Shown here: positions 29,581 to 43,265 of the stretch, piece after piece | Layout: the number at the start of each line of letters is the position of its first letter | Numbering within the stretch: position 1 is the stretch's first letter | Assembly (NCBI GenBank): GCA_964016885.1 | Contig: OZ024747.1 | Coordinates: 57,598,001-57,662,000, forward strand | Direction: 5' to 3' | Length of the DNA stretch: 64,000 nt | Source: Eledone cirrhosa | Lineage: Eukaryota | Notes under the pieces: generated by a model | Databases searched by the model: none | What the model was told of the DNA's origin: nothing | The model's input: the letters and a program-made list of their open reading frames with translations, nothing else | Program-made: the position numbers and the translations under genes

Positions 29581-29975
29581 GGGCGGAGGATTGGCAGTAT
29601 CGGTGGAAGGTCGGACGCCATGTTTTCCAGCATAGTTACGTCCCTTTACGATCTGAGTTCAAATCCCGCCGAGGTTGACTTTGCCTTTCATCCTTACGGT
29701 GTCGATAAAATAAAGTACCAGTAATGCACTGGGTAATTGCTGGCCTTGTGCCTAAAGTAGAAACAATTATATTCAGCCATTGAAGGCGGGGGATTGGCAG
29801 TATCGGTAGAGGGTCGGACGCCATGCTTTGACGCAAAGATTTACGGCCCTTTCCATTCTGATTTCAAATCCCGCCGAGGTTCACTTTACCTTTCATCCTT
29901 ACGGGGTCGATAAAATAAAGTACCAGTAATACACTGGGTATTTGCTGGCCTTGTGCTAAAAGTAGAAACAATTAT
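29581..29975 (+). mobile_element. Tandem SINE family 1 dimer
   Basis: Two full copies. TATTCAGCCAT occurs at 29562, 29770 and 29975. Confidence 0.9.
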
Positions 29976-30201
29976 ATTCAGCCATCAAATTTCTCTCAAA
30001 CAGGAACAATACATGATGGTTACTATAACAGCAGCATCAACCGCAACAACACTTCCATCGCCATCACTAACACCACCGAATCCAACACAACCACCATCAG
30101 CACCAACAACAAAAGAAAACAAGATATACTATTTTAACTACTATAGCATACCATACCATTATATGTACGCGCGCGCGCGTGTGTGTGTGTTTGTCTGTAA
30201 G

Positions 30202-30245
<44 letters not shown>

Positions 30246-30257
30246 TATATATATATA

Positions 30258-30362
30258 TAATTGTTTCTACGTTTGGCACAAGGCCAGCAATTACCCAGTG
30301 CATTACTGGTACTTTATTTTATCGACCCCGTAAGGAAGAAAGGCAAAGTCAACCTCGGCGGG

Positions 30363-30400
<38 letters not shown>

Positions 30401-30592
30401 GTGAGTGTGTGTGTGTTTGTGTGTATCCCTATATATATATATGTGTGTATCCCTATATATATATATGTAAATATAAATTGTTTCTACTTTAGGCACAAGG
30501 CCAGTAATTATATCAGTGTATTACTGGTACTTTATTTTATCGATCCCGTAATGGTGAAAGGCAAAGTGAACCTCGCCGGCATTTGATCTCAG
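30258..30592 (-). mobile_element. Two 5'-truncated SINE family 1 copies (30258-30363, 30475-30592)
   Basis: Match to the 3' half of family 1. Confidence 0.8.
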
Positions 30593-30604
30593 ACCATCAA
30601 TACC

Positions 30605-30638
<34 letters not shown>

Positions 30639-30645
30639 GTGTGTA

Positions 30646-30700
<55 letters not shown>

Positions 30701-30949
30701 ATGTGTGTGTGTGCCTGCATACACGCCTTCACACATATATGGATTTACATAGATGTATGCATATACACACATATATATATATATTCACTGCCATTTAAGA
30801 ATAATAAAATATACAGTATATAATATAATTAGAATCACTATAGAATGTAATATATTCAACAAAACATTTAACTACTTTTTCTAGTAACACCTAGTTTTGA
30901 TATAGAACATTCCGCAACATTCCTTATTGTAAAATACAACCCTGTCCTT

Positions 30950-32020
30950 GCACATATATAAACACCTCTCTCTTATAACTATATACACCTCCCCATACAC
31001 AATTATACACTTCTCTCTTACATTTATATACACCTCTCTCTTACATATATATACACCCCTCTTATTACATTTATATACACTTCTCTCTTACAACTATATA
31101 CACCTCTCCATACACGTATATACACCTCTCCTTTACATATATATATATATACACCTAACCATACACCTTTACACACATCCCCATACATATATATATACAC
31201 CTACCTATACACATATATGCACCTCCCCATACATATATATATACAACTACCCATACACCTTTACACACCTCCCCATATATATATATACACCTACCCATAC
31301 ACATATATACACCTCCCCATACATATATATATATACACCTCCCTATACACCTATATACACCTCTCCCTTACATATCTATACACCTATATACAACTCTCAC
31401 TTACATACACCTATATACACATGTGTAATCCAATCAAGAACACCATGTAGGTTTTAATTAAATAATGTCTCATTTATTCCATTATTATAACTTTCATTTG
31501 CATTTGTTATAAAACATTTTACATAGTTTTCTGTATTTTAGTCACTTTTTAATTTTCAAATGTTACATCATGACATATTTGATAACGTTCCCACACGTTT
31601 CATTCCTCCCTCCATATGTACCTTCCTTCCTCCCTCCCCACCTACCTACCAACCTCCCTACCTATCTACCTACATACTCACCTACCTATCTACCTCCCTA
31701 CCTACCAACCTCTCTACCTACGTACCTACCTACCTATTTACCTACCTACACACTTACCTATCTATCTACATACACACCTATCTACCTCCCTAGCTATCTA
31801 CATAAATACATATATGCATGCATACATACATAGATACCCCCAAAACCTGCCTACTTACCTATCTATCTACCTACCTACCTACTTACTTTCATACATACCT
31901 CTCTACCAATCTACGTACTTACCTACCTATCTACTTATCTACATATCTACATGTATTCATGCATACATACATATATACATTAAAACATATATACCTCTAT
32001 ACATAGCTACGTACCTACCT
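30950..32020. repeat. Low-complexity tandem arrays: TATACACCTC-like (30950-31420) and (CCTA)n (31620-32020)
   Basis: Read directly. Confidence 0.85.
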
Positions 32021-32129
32021 ACATGATGACTGCAAACTCTGTTGAGATTATTGCAATTGCTTGTCAGATTCAGATGTGTGACGCTCGGATATGGATTTTC
32101 AAGCCTGCTAGAGACTTGTACTCCTTCGT

Positions 32130-32400
32130 ACAGTGACGACAACTATGGATCTCCCTGGCCCGGGGCCTTGCATCAGTTTGCTTGTGAACCCTCACAATAC
32201 CGTGGATCAATAGTTCACTGGTTCTCTTTGAATATGGCTGCGACTGTGGCTCTTAAGACCAGATTTGCTCAAGCAAATCTTTCCACACTCAGGGCACTTC
32301 AATTCAATGGAGACACCGATCGTTTCGAGAGATACCCCAGGGCATTGCTTACGCACATCTCGTTTGATCTTCTCGTGCTCTATACGTCCACTTTCTCGAA
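32130..32400 (-). mobile_element. RTE-like LINE 3' end with C-terminal C2H2 finger
   Basis: LKCPECGKICLSKSGLKSHSRSH preceded by basic EKIKRDVRKQ; no upstream open frame. Confidence 0.65.
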
Positions 32401-33277
32401 AATTGCTGGCCTTGTGCCAACTTTTCAAAGAATCGTTTAACATTGTGTTGAGAGAAAGGAGGAGAGGGGGGGGGGGGCACGAATAAGAACAGTACTATTG
32501 ATGAAAGGGAAAGAATCAATAGCTGAATATCATGTTAAACAGTCGATTTGAAGGACATATTAAAGTATATTCCAGTTCCTGAAGAGATTTACGTTTTCCA
32601 GTATTATGTGTTTGATATTATAACCACTACTTCAACACTTACATCAATACCACATGTAAACAATATTACATTTTGATCACCCAAACTCCAAACGGACACA
32701 CCCATACCCACGGGCACACTTATGCCAACGGACACACACACACATACGCACACACACACATGCACACATATCACACCTCCCCTACTCCTTCGTCTTTTAC
32801 TTATTTCCTCTCTTGTTCACACACACACTAACACACACACATACACACACGCACGCACGCACACACATTACACCGCCCCTACCATTTCATCTTGCACTTA
32901 TTTCCTCTCTTCTCTTATTGTCTCTTATAGATGAATGCATCTATTGCATCTATTTTACATTTAGAAACAACAACAGTTTACGATAAAGCATTTATTTTCT
33001 AAGTTTCGTCACACTCTAAGATTACTTAGCTACTTGTCTTCCTCATATAAATGTATTTCTCTTTTGTTCAACTAAACAACACAACACTTGGGCGACTCTA
33101 GACCCAACAACAAACTTCTTTACGTTTCCTTCATTTCCTCATCTGTATTATTGTATACAAATACAGAATGTATTAAACATTGCACATGCACACACGCACA
33201 CTCACGTACACCCACGCACACTCACGCACACTCGCGCACACTCACGCATGTATATACGAATACATAAACACACACAG

Positions 33278-33327
<50 letters not shown>

Positions 33328-33481
33328 ACACACATACACACACGATTATATATATGTATATGCATATATATGTTGTGTATATATATATATAGATATCACT
33401 CGCGCTCTCTCTCCTCTCCTTCACCCTCTACCACCTTCTCTCTAACCTCTCTCTTCTTCTCTCTCCTCTCTCTCCTTCTCT

Positions 33482-33539
<58 letters not shown>

Positions 33540-33810
33540 GCTAAAACTAAACAAATCTAATACAGAAGGGAACATTTTAGCCTTGCTTACATCACAATCG
33601 TTTTTGAAGCACGAAATTACATATGGTTACCAATCACCGGATGTTTCTACACAAATCAATAATATAACTCCTCACCAACAACAACACCAATAACATTTAT
33701 TGAAATAACAATATAAAGCAATCGTTGTTTGAGAAGATTCAAATATTTTGAGCCCCCCCTCCCCCCGTCAGACATTAATGTTATACACACACATGCACAC
33801 AAACATACAC

Positions 33811-33851
<41 letters not shown>

Positions 33852-33890
33852 ATATTAAACAAATGGAAGCTATATTTATAAAACCATATT

Positions 33891-33956
33891 TATTTTATTA
33901 TACATATTTCAGGGATACCATATTAAAAATATGGCATGCCTTCGTCAGATAAAATA
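33891..33956 (-). ncRNA. Type-I hammerhead ribozyme (family D, mirror copy)
   Basis: Reverse-complement copy of 33982-34047, with stem I TATTTTAT/ATAAAATA fully Watson-Crick. Confidence 0.8.
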
Positions 33957-33981
33957 CAATATATAAACTGTTTATATATTG

Positions 33982-34047
33982 TATTTTATCTGACGAAGGC
34001 ATGCCATATTTTTAATATGGTATCCCTGAAATATGTATAATGAAATA
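33982..34047 (+). ncRNA. Type-I hammerhead ribozyme (family D)
   Basis: TATTTTAT CTGACGA AGGCATGCCATATT TTT AATATGGTATCCCT GAAA TATGTA TA ATGAAATA. Confidence 0.85.
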
Positions 34048-34380
34048 AATATGGTTTTATAAATATAGTTTCCATTTGTTTAATATCGTATATCTACTCC
34101 AAAAACTTGTCGAGTGCTTTATATCAGTTATAAAATATTTACTTGTTACAACAATTTTAAATAAAACTTTTGCATATATATATATATGTACTAAGGAGTC
34201 CGGGATCTGACGGCTGAGCTCTTACCGGTTCAAAAGCTAGTTCAAGACTCAAACGGAATCCCTCCTCATTTATATACATATATACATATATATATGCGTG
34301 TGTATGCATGCGCGCGTGTGTGTGTGTGCACGCGTGTGTATGCGTGCGTGTGTGTTTATATATAGTTATACATACATATA

Positions 34381-34597
34381 TAAGGAACGATCGACTTTCG
34401 TCCAATCGGACCGAGGGAACAATGTTTCCGTTGGTCTTTCCAATTGCTAATACTATCTATCGGTCGCAACTCCAGGTAGAAGGAGCAACGTGAAATAAAG
34501 TGTCTTGCTCAAGGACATAACGCATCGCCTGGTCCAGGAATCGAACTCACAACCTTACGATTGCGAATCCAATTCTCTAACCACTCAGCCACACGTC
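34381..34597 (-). mobile_element. SINE family 2 copy
   Basis: Reverse complement of 450-662. Confidence 0.85.
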
Positions 34598-34844
34598 TTC
34601 ACTATATATATATATATATATATGTATATTTAATAAAGTTAATACGAAGCATTTTTAGATATTTAATAAATGAGTAACTTTCAAAAAGCCGGTACAATGC
34701 AGTAGAAATATTCAAAGGGCAAAGGATGACAAATAAAATAAAACAATTAATGTTTACCCCGTGTACGTGTGTATGAGGGAGGTGCACAGTAATTATTGTA
34801 ATAATTATAGTACTAATTTGAAAGCAACCATCGCTATTGTTTCT

Positions 34845-34975
34845 ACTCTGAGAGTTCCTTAAACTCTGACGAAGAGAATTTTAAGTCCCGAAATATTAGG
34901 ACAAAAAAAAAAAAAAAAAATATCAACAAAAAACCCCAAAGAATAAAACAACAAAGATAAGCAGGTAACTAAAGT
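34845..34975 (+). mobile_element. Old PLE-end with degenerate hammerhead (homologue at 44755-44850)
   Basis: CT CTGACGA A GAGA..TCCC GAAA TA TT AG versus CT CTGTCGA A GGGA..TCC GAAA ATA TT AG. Shared CTCTGAGAG upstream and CAGGTAACTAA downstream. Confidence 0.5.
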
Positions 34976-35055
34976 GTTCGTTACCTTCATCTTAGCGCCC
35001 ACTTTGAATTGTTTTGCCTTATTATATATATCAGTCTTTAATACTATCTATGAAA

Positions 35056-35245
35056 TAATTGTTTCTACGTTAGGCACAAGACCAGCAATTACCCAGTGTA
35101 TTACTGGTACTTTATTTTATCGACCCCGTAAGGATGAAAGGCAAAGTTAACCTCGGCGGGATTTGAACTCAGAATGGCAAGGGCCGTAACTCTATGCGCA
35201 AAAGCATGGCATCCGACACTCTACCAATACTGCCAATCCACCGCC
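35056..35245 (-). mobile_element. SINE family 1, full length, with 16-bp TSD
   Basis: CTATCTATGAAATAAT at 35044-35059 and 35245-35260. Confidence 0.9.
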
Positions 35246-37858
35246 TATCTATGAAATAATGAATGTTAAGCAATGACATAGCTGCCTGTGTTTTATCGTC
35301 CATTTTGGTGCCCTATTCCTAAACCACTGTCACGTTCTTTATCCCTTAATTATTAGTATAGTTGTGGTGGTGCAGTCATAAGCGTTTTAAACCTGTTGGA
35401 ACCAATCTCAGCCGTTTTCTTCCAAAGATTTAGTGAGTTAGAGTGGAAACGAGAGGGTGAAAATGTTTGGGAAATTAATATAGTGAAAGATCAACCCCAA
35501 CAATGAACTTTTCCTTTCCAAAATCAGGAAAGGAAAATTGACCTCCGCAGGATTTGAACTCAGATCACAGAAAGTCAGAATGAATACAGCAAATCATGGG
35601 GCTGTGAAAACTCTGCCACTTCACCTCCTATTCGGCATACATATAACATAGTAGAAAAGCATGATTCAATCATTAGTACACCGGTGTAGATTTCCTAAGG
35701 TATTAAATACTATACAGTTTGACATGGACTTTTATCGTCCCTTCTCTCAAAAATCAATAAAATAACTAGTGATAATAAACTGCAGACGACCTAACCGAAT
35801 TCACAACTTTCATTCTTATGGAAGAAGCTTTGCGTCTAGGCGAACAAATTCAATATTAATTTGATAACTTTGCTTCACCGCCACAGATTTTCACGGAGGA
35901 GTCACAAAGTCGATTGAATTAACACTGGCGCAGATTTTATCGGCCACAGGGGAAGATGAAATTTAATAATTAAATCCGTAAAAATTTGAACCTTGAATTT
36001 AGTAGGCTATAACTAAATATTGCATGTTATTTAACCTGGCTATCTACTGCTTTTATCAACTGAAGCACCTTCCGGAAATACAGCGTTATTGAATATAAAA
36101 TTATCAACCAAATCTGACGTGCTTGCCGAATAAAACTCGTAAAAAATTTTCTACGGACATTTTGGACAGCGGACATTATTGAATCAATCAAAACCGTGTT
36201 TACTGCTGAACACCTGCGTTTATTTGATGCAGACTGACTTTTAATTAAATTGCCTGGCAAGAAATCGATATAGACTTGCATGTTGTATGTAGACAGATAT
36301 TTTCATTGTCAGGAAACCACCGTTTGTAAAACTTTTAAATTAGTCTGTGTGAAAGCATGTCTGCTTTTAGTAACCAAAGTACATAGTTTCTCATGTATTA
36401 TATCTTTCAGTTCGATTGAGACAAAGACGTTCATCTTTAATATGATCAAATAAAACCAAAAATAAATAAAAAAGAACATAACATAGAAAATAGTAGTAGA
36501 GAGCGGGATCGTTGGGGCGACAAATAAAATATCTAGTGGCATTTAGCTATGTCTTCTCATGTTCGGAATGTTAATCCAAATAACCCCAACAACCCCACAT
36601 TGAGATGTAACATTCCCCACCTCCGGGAAAAACAATTGTGGCCTTCTGCCAAATTTCGAAATAGTTTTATTAAAAATAAATATGGAGTCGCATATCAGAA
36701 AAAGTAAGGCGAAACACAGGACGCATTGCAATAAATAAATCTGTATTCTTGTGTGTGAAGGCACGTGTGTTACTGATTAAGGTGTTCGGTTCAGGATTGT
36801 TAGTTCGATTTCAGCTGGCGTGTTGTGTCTTTGAGCAAGACACTTTATTTCAGGTTAGTTCAGTCCACTCGGCTGCAAATAATGAAATGTATCTGTATAT
36901 CGAAGGGTCTACTTAGTCGCACATTGTCTCACGCCGAATCTCCCTGACATTTACGTTAAAGGGCAGGTGTTTCTGGAATGTTCAGCCACTTCAATGGTAA
37001 TTTCATAAGCAGGCTGTCCCGTTGTGTAAAACTCATGTTTGGAGTTGCTGTTGCCGGTGTTGATGTTTATTTTGTTTCTGGTGTTTTTGTTAGCTGATTC
37101 CAGGTAAATCTTCATTGAACTAACCTATGTTCAGAAATACCCCAGCCTCATCGATACGGTCAAGTGCAGAGTGTCTAGATCTAACTTATAAAATTGGCTT
37201 TTCCTTGTTTAAGAAGGCCGGCGTTTGATTTTAATGGTTATCTGGGTGTTATTTCTAGCGTGGCTTTGTGGTTAGTTTTTTAATTACGATTGTAAACTAG
37301 AAAGGTTGAAAGCTGCAGAAAGTGGTGCGTTGATCAAAGCATTTTATTTCACACGCTGCCCGTACACTTAACTGACAAAAAATGATTTGTAGATATAAAT
37401 CGAGGTGTAAGCCTTGTCACACATTGTGTCATGCTGAATCTCCCTGAGATCTACGTTAAGAATGCACGTGCCTGTAAAATACTCAGCCGTTTACATGTTA
37501 ATTTTTCAAACAGGCAGTTCCATTGATAGAATCAACTAGAACACACATCATCGCAAGTGACGGAGATCCAGTAACTACACCATTTCTATCGGGTGTAACT
37601 ATTACTTTGGGATTCTCTCCATTGTTCGAAGAAATGTTGAGTTCAACTTTACCACGACTTAACCTAACCTTCCTCTGGTGTAGATAATTAAAGCAACACC
37701 CAAGTTTATTGATCTATTGAAACAATTGATCTCCTTCTCATCCCAATAGATTTGTAATGCTATGACAATCTAAAATATTGATATTGACAAAAATGACAGT
37801 GAATTGGCCACTATGAATGAATACTAGATTAAATAAGTTACAATATTTAATCTCATAT

Positions 37859-38142
37859 CCAGGATTGGATTTAAACCTTGGTGGGCTCGGGACACTTCAG
37901 GTTTGAACGGTCCCTAACACACAAAAAATAGAATACACGGTAAACCCCCCCCCCCCAGACTCCCACAAATTTACATATCAAAGTTAGCTCAGTGCAAGTA
38001 AATGGATTTGGTTGAAACGTTACACATACAATTATTAAATTAAAAAAATGTTAACTATCTTAAAACTGAAAAGCCCAGCTGAGGGCACAAATAAATTGCT
38101 ACGGCCATCGCACGCACCCCAGCCACCCAATGAAAGGGACCG
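37859..38142 (+). mobile_element. Old MITE, hAT/Tip100-like ends (homologue at 62571-62865)
   Basis: Shared AGG.TTGGATTTA, CACTTCAGGTTTG, TTTACATATCAAAGTTAGCT and CAGCTGAGGGCA. The 62.8-kb copy ends AATACGGCCCT. Confidence 0.55.
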
Positions 38143-38323
38143 GTGGAAAATGTTTATACCTATGGTTGTTGTATTCATATCTCGTCAGCGTAGGATAAAA
38201 ATTTCATCCATATAAATGCAATTAAACTGATTACCAGTAATACACTTGGGTCCATTTAAAACTAAAAAAATATTGGATCTAACGTCTATATATAACATTA
38301 GTTTTATTATTTTGTAACGCTTA

Positions 38324-38500
38324 GCGGTGGATTGGCAGTATCTGTAGAGGGTCGGACGCCATGCTTTGCAGCAAAGAGTTACTTCTCTTTACGGACTGAG
38401 TTCAAATCCCGCCGAGGTTAACTTTGCCTTTCATCCTTACGGGTACCAGTAATACACTGGGATAATTGCTGGCCTTGTGCTAAAAAGTAGAAACAATTAT
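38324..38500 (+). mobile_element. SINE family 1 with internal deletion
   Basis: Match to family 1; flanking ATTATTTTGTAAC is duplicated. Confidence 0.85.
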
Positions 38501-38757
38501 TTTGTAACACTTAATTTCTCTCCCCTTTAGAAACATTCATTCACTCGGGTATAGATTTATTTGGAATCTACACACATCATAAAAGAATTTTAGAGAATCG
38601 GTTTATGTTTTACTATATAGTCACACTCAATTATTTCAACAAACCATTAATCACATTTAATATCAGCCTATAATTAATATCTTATACAGACTTTACACAG
38701 AAGAACTAACAAACAATTACGATATATATGTGTGTCTGTCATTTTCACTCTTTATTA

Positions 38758-39270
38758 TTGGCCTAGTGGTAAGGGTGTTGGACTTACGATTGTAATGTCG
38801 TGGGTTCGATTCCTAGATTGGGTTTCGTGTTTTTTTCTTCAACAAAATACTTCATTTGTCGTGGGTTCGATTCCTGGGCGGGGTTGCGTGTTGTGTTCTA
38901 GAGCAAAACACTTCATTTCACGTTGCTCCAGTATACGCAGCTGAAAATGAGTACCATCAATAACTGGGGGTTTAAGCCTGTGATGGACTGGCGTCCTGTT
39001 AAGTGTGTGTGTGTGTGGCGGGGGACTTGTACTCTCAGTCACTCCACGCCATGAAACAGAGATAAGCTCCGGCCTAACGAGCCTTCTGGCTTACAAAGTT
39101 TGGACTTGGACTCAACTGAGAATGAGTACCAGCAAAAGCTGGGAGTTTAAACCTGTGATGGAATGGCGTCCTCTCCAGGGAGTGTCTTGTACTCTAAGTC
39201 ACTTCACACCACAGAAACCTGGATAAGCACCGGCATGATGGGTCTCCGGGCTTGAGACAGACTTTAGACG
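38758..39270 (+). mobile_element. tRNA-derived SINE with internally duplicated head and tail
   Basis: TGGCCTAGTGG A-box. GTCGTGGGTTCGATTCCT occurs twice, and AATGAGTACCA...CCTGTGATGGA.TGGCGTCCT occurs twice. Confidence 0.65.
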
Positions 39271-40118
39271 TTTTATTTAGACAAAATCGATTCCTATGAA
39301 GAACATGGTCATAGCTGTGTGTTAGAGAAGTTCATTTCACAATCCTATGGATTTCGATTCAGTCTTATTACACGCCATTTTAAGAAACGAGCTTCAGGTT
39401 GAGCAGAGTCTTCGAGTTGGAAATATTCGACAGAAATTAGAGACAATGGTTGTGAAACGTGGCCCTTGCAATGCCATGAGAAATCCTCTACAGCGAACTC
39501 AGCACATGGCCGCTCGATGCCACGCTACAAAAATCGATTAAAACAGATGATGGAGAGCACGAACATCGATCCTATGTCCTGGGAAAAACGCGCAGAAAAC
39601 AGAACACACGTAGTATGATCTTGTCAAGATCAGTGCAGATCAGTGTGAAGAAATTCGCCGGAGAATTGAAGAGGATAGGTGGCTGCGACAAAAAAATTCA
39701 CTAAGTTCCTCGAAGGCCTCTACCCATCGTCAGCTGTGAGCTGTGTGAACAATATGATTTACAAAAACTTGCCTTACCAGTGGACAGAGACAATGTTATG
39801 AATGGGAAAATTGAAAAGAAGGAAACATTTATTTATATAGTTTAGCAAACAGAACTCTAATGAGCTTTTGATTCCAGAGTCAGGCCCGGTAGATAATTAT
39901 CGTGCGTTTCAACTGAATAAACTTAATGAAAATTTCACACCTCGTCCACGCTTAATATCAATATGTATATATATTATTCAGTTGATGAAAGTCAGTTGAT
40001 AAAAAAATCTGCTGATTTTCTTTTCGTAAGCAGACGTGAAGCACTCAACGTTTGTATACCTTAGGATTTTCTCTGAAAGTATCACCCGGTGTTTTATTAT
40101 AATAAATAAGTGAGATGA

Positions 40119-40420
40119 TTTTATTCGTGCATCTTTTTATTATCTAATTCCGTTATACGTATTTCAAAAATGCAAGGGTGGTTATATAATAACCAGCTAT
40201 CATGTTTTCTTCAGATGAATTCAGTAGTCATGTGAGTATTGGGTAGTGATATTAACACCACCTTAAACCAATAACATATCAATCGATAGGCAAACACATC
40301 TCAATTCATCTGAAGAAAACATGCTATGTGGTTATTACAAATAACAGCACTTACATCTTTAAAATACGTATAATGGAATTAGATAGTAAAATGAAGATGT
40401 ATGAATAAAACCGTGTCCCT
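40119..40420. mobile_element. Old fold-back PLE end, family E, with a hammerhead in each arm (40146-40221 minus; 40303-40380 plus, G12 mutated)
   Basis: Minus strand: AATTCAT CTGAAGA AAACATG...CATTTTT GAAA TACGTA TA ACGGAATT. Confidence 0.7.
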
Positions 40421-40425
40421 TATAT

Positions 40426-40490
<65 letters not shown>

Positions 40491-40504
40491 AAAGTTCTAT
40501 TTAA

Positions 40505-40725
40505 AGTTGTTGGGATACAACAAGTAAATATTTTTATAACTGATATAAAGCACTCGACATATTTTTGGAGTAGATATACGATATTAATAAATGGAAACTA
40601 TATTTATAAAACCATATTTATTTCATTATACATATTTCAGGGATACCACATTAAATTATGGTATGCCTTCATCAGACAAAATACAATATATGACAGTTTT
40701 ACAAATAGGTTTGACGTACCCTTTA
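40505..40725 (-). mobile_element. PLE-end family D with hammerhead at 40619-40683
   Basis: TATTTTGT CTGATGA AGGCATACCATAATTTAATGTGGTATCCCT GAAA TATGTA TA ATGAAATA. Confidence 0.8.
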
Positions 40726-40755
40726 AAATACAACCATTACTTTTGGAGGCTGTCT

Positions 40756-40818
<63 letters not shown>

Positions 40819-41520
40819 GGGGGGGGGGGGGGTGTATGTGGGTGTGTGATTGTATGTATGTGCAAACGTGCTTATGTTTGCGTTTGAGTCGACGTCTGTA
40901 TTTATATCATGTAAGATAGTGGTCTGGCAAGAATGAAACCAATAAAATAAGTACCAGGCTTGAATAATATGTACTTGATCCAATATGGTCGACTGAATCA
41001 AGACGCTAACCCAGTATGGCAGCAAGTTATTGATTGATAGGCGTAAAATTGTAAAAGAGAATATGATATAATAATTGTTTCTACTTTTGGCACAAGGCCA
41101 GCAATTACACAGTGCATTACTGGTACTTTATTGTATCGACCCCAATAATGGTTTCTGATATAGGTATAACCAGCAATTTAAGGAGAGAGGAAGTCGATTA
41201 AATCGATCCCAATGTGTTACTGGTACTTTATTATATCGACCCTGTAATGTACAAAGTCACAGTTAACCTCGGCGACATTTGAACACAAAAATATTATATA
41301 ACAAAACTGTATTATATTATAATTATGCTGTATGTTAATAGGAAATAATCATCGAATTTTGAGTGTATGAACTCACATCGCTAATGTTCACATCTTAATG
41401 GTTGTACCACAAGACAACACACTCTTCATGATCGTTAACTACTATCAACTCTTTCTGTTTTTCCCAGGCCACGTAAATTTGTCTGTCTCCTATATTTATC
41501 TTTGTATAATACACACACAA

Positions 41521-41564
<44 letters not shown>

Positions 41565-41739
41565 GCGTATATATGTTAATATATTCATATAGATAATTGA
41601 GTTAAAAAATGAGATAAAATAGTGTACGTATAAATTACTTTACTAATATACATACCAACACGTTCACCCTCGTATATAAACATAAGTGTACATATGTATA
41701 GATGTTGTAACCTCTGTGTGTGTGTGTATATATATATAT

Positions 41740-41829
41740 ATGTATATGTATATGTGTGTGTGTGTAGGTAAGTATGTTGGTGTATATATATATATATATA
41801 CATGTGTGTGTGTAGGTAAGTATGTTGGC

Positions 41830-41871
<42 letters not shown>

Positions 41872-42062
41872 GTGTGTGTGTAGGTAAGTATGTTGGTGTA
41901 CATATATATATGTATATACATGTATGTGTGTTTAGGTAAGTATGTTGGTGTACATATATATATACGTATGTACATGTGTGTGTGTGTAGGTAAGTATGTT
42001 GGTGTACATATATATATGTATATACATGTGTGCGTGTAGGTAGGTATGTTGGTGTACATACA
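41740..42062. repeat. Tandem repeat of about 55-65 bp (GTGTAGGTAAGTATGTTGGTGTACA plus (TA)n), about 6 units
   Basis: Read directly. Confidence 0.85.
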
Positions 42063-42771
42063 TAATGTATATATATATATTATGTCTGTGTGTGTATGTA
42101 TATATAAATCTATGTATCTATATATATTTGTTTGTTTGCATAATATCACACTATTCTAGATAGATATTTTTGAGATATTATAATTTGTGATTTTCCTCTT
42201 GGGGCGATAGTTTTATTTTTATTTTTACATACGCAAAAGACGTTAGATAAAGTCTTAAAGTTAGTGACATTATCAGTGATAAACTTGTGAATTTGAGCGG
42301 AAGTCTGATATGATCACTTGGTTTAGCCTTCTTTGAATAGTCAATTATTTTGCTTTATATTTTTTTTTGTTTCTTAACTAGATTTGTCTTATCTCCATTT
42401 GTTGATGTCCGTGTTGCTTGTTATTGACAGCGAATTTCTTTATGAAATTATTTGTGTTATTTTTATATATTTTTGAAAATATAATTTATTTTGAATGACT
42501 AAGTGTATTGATAGGATGGGGGACTCTACACGGAAACAAAATATATACATCTGTTTATAAATATAAATTTAGCGAGAATCGCATTTCGGCGGGCAGAAAT
42601 TAGCGAAACGCAACTTCCATATTGTGCAGACAAGCGCTCCATGGATATGAAGATACCAGAGTTATAAACATAAGTTAAAATGGTCATACACGCCGAGACG
42701 ATGGTTAATAAGCCATTAACCACCATAGCCAAAAAAGCGAACAAGCTAAACGGGTCAAACAAACTGAGATA

Positions 42772-42841
<70 letters not shown>

Positions 42842-42932
42842 GTGTGTGTGTTGTGTGTTTTATATGCATATGTGCCTACTACATACAATATTTTCAGATC
42901 TATCTTCCTATCTACATACATACATACATGCA

Positions 42933-43265
42933 GACGAGGATGGGCTCGAAAGTTGAGAGGCTGATTATGAAGGAATGATGCTAGGGCTGTGAAATCTAGC
43001 ATGCATTAATTTCAACTCTTCATATTAACAACTGTATTGTTTCTTTCCATATAAATTGACATCTGACTGTTCAAAGAAGACTAAAAACGTAACTAGTAGC
43101 ATCCTCTCTTAAGAATGGACAAATATGGCATGGTGGTGTTATCAAGTACCTGCAGAAAAAGGGTTTAATCCCAAGGACATTAATACTGATATAGTTGCTA
43201 CATGAGGGTATGACGCTCCAGCTTTATCAATATGGCAACAGTGATTAGGAGAATTTAGGAGAAAA
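42933..43265 (+). mobile_element. Mariner transposon 5' fragment (left end plus decayed transposase N-terminus)
   Basis: Left end ACGAGG...CGAAAGTT. From ATG 43115, with frameshifts: MDK..HGGVIKYLQKKGL.PKDINTDIVAT*GYDAPALS...GEFRR. Confidence 0.75.

Larger units (their letters stand above)
33851..34156. mobile_element. PLE-end family D fold-back: palindrome 33851-34087 with 1-nt loop at 33969, plus 3' tail
   Basis: 118-bp arms with about 2 mismatches. Homologues at 40505-40725 (minus) and 47672-47832 (plus). Confidence 0.85.

Noticed and set aside
32207-32443. Host C2H2 zinc-finger gene
   Set aside because: Single finger in a LINE-tail context; the ORF start comes from an adjacent SINE tail fragment.
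36027-36764. Three short minus-strand ORFs as a host gene
   Set aside because: No recognisable domain or consistent splice signals.
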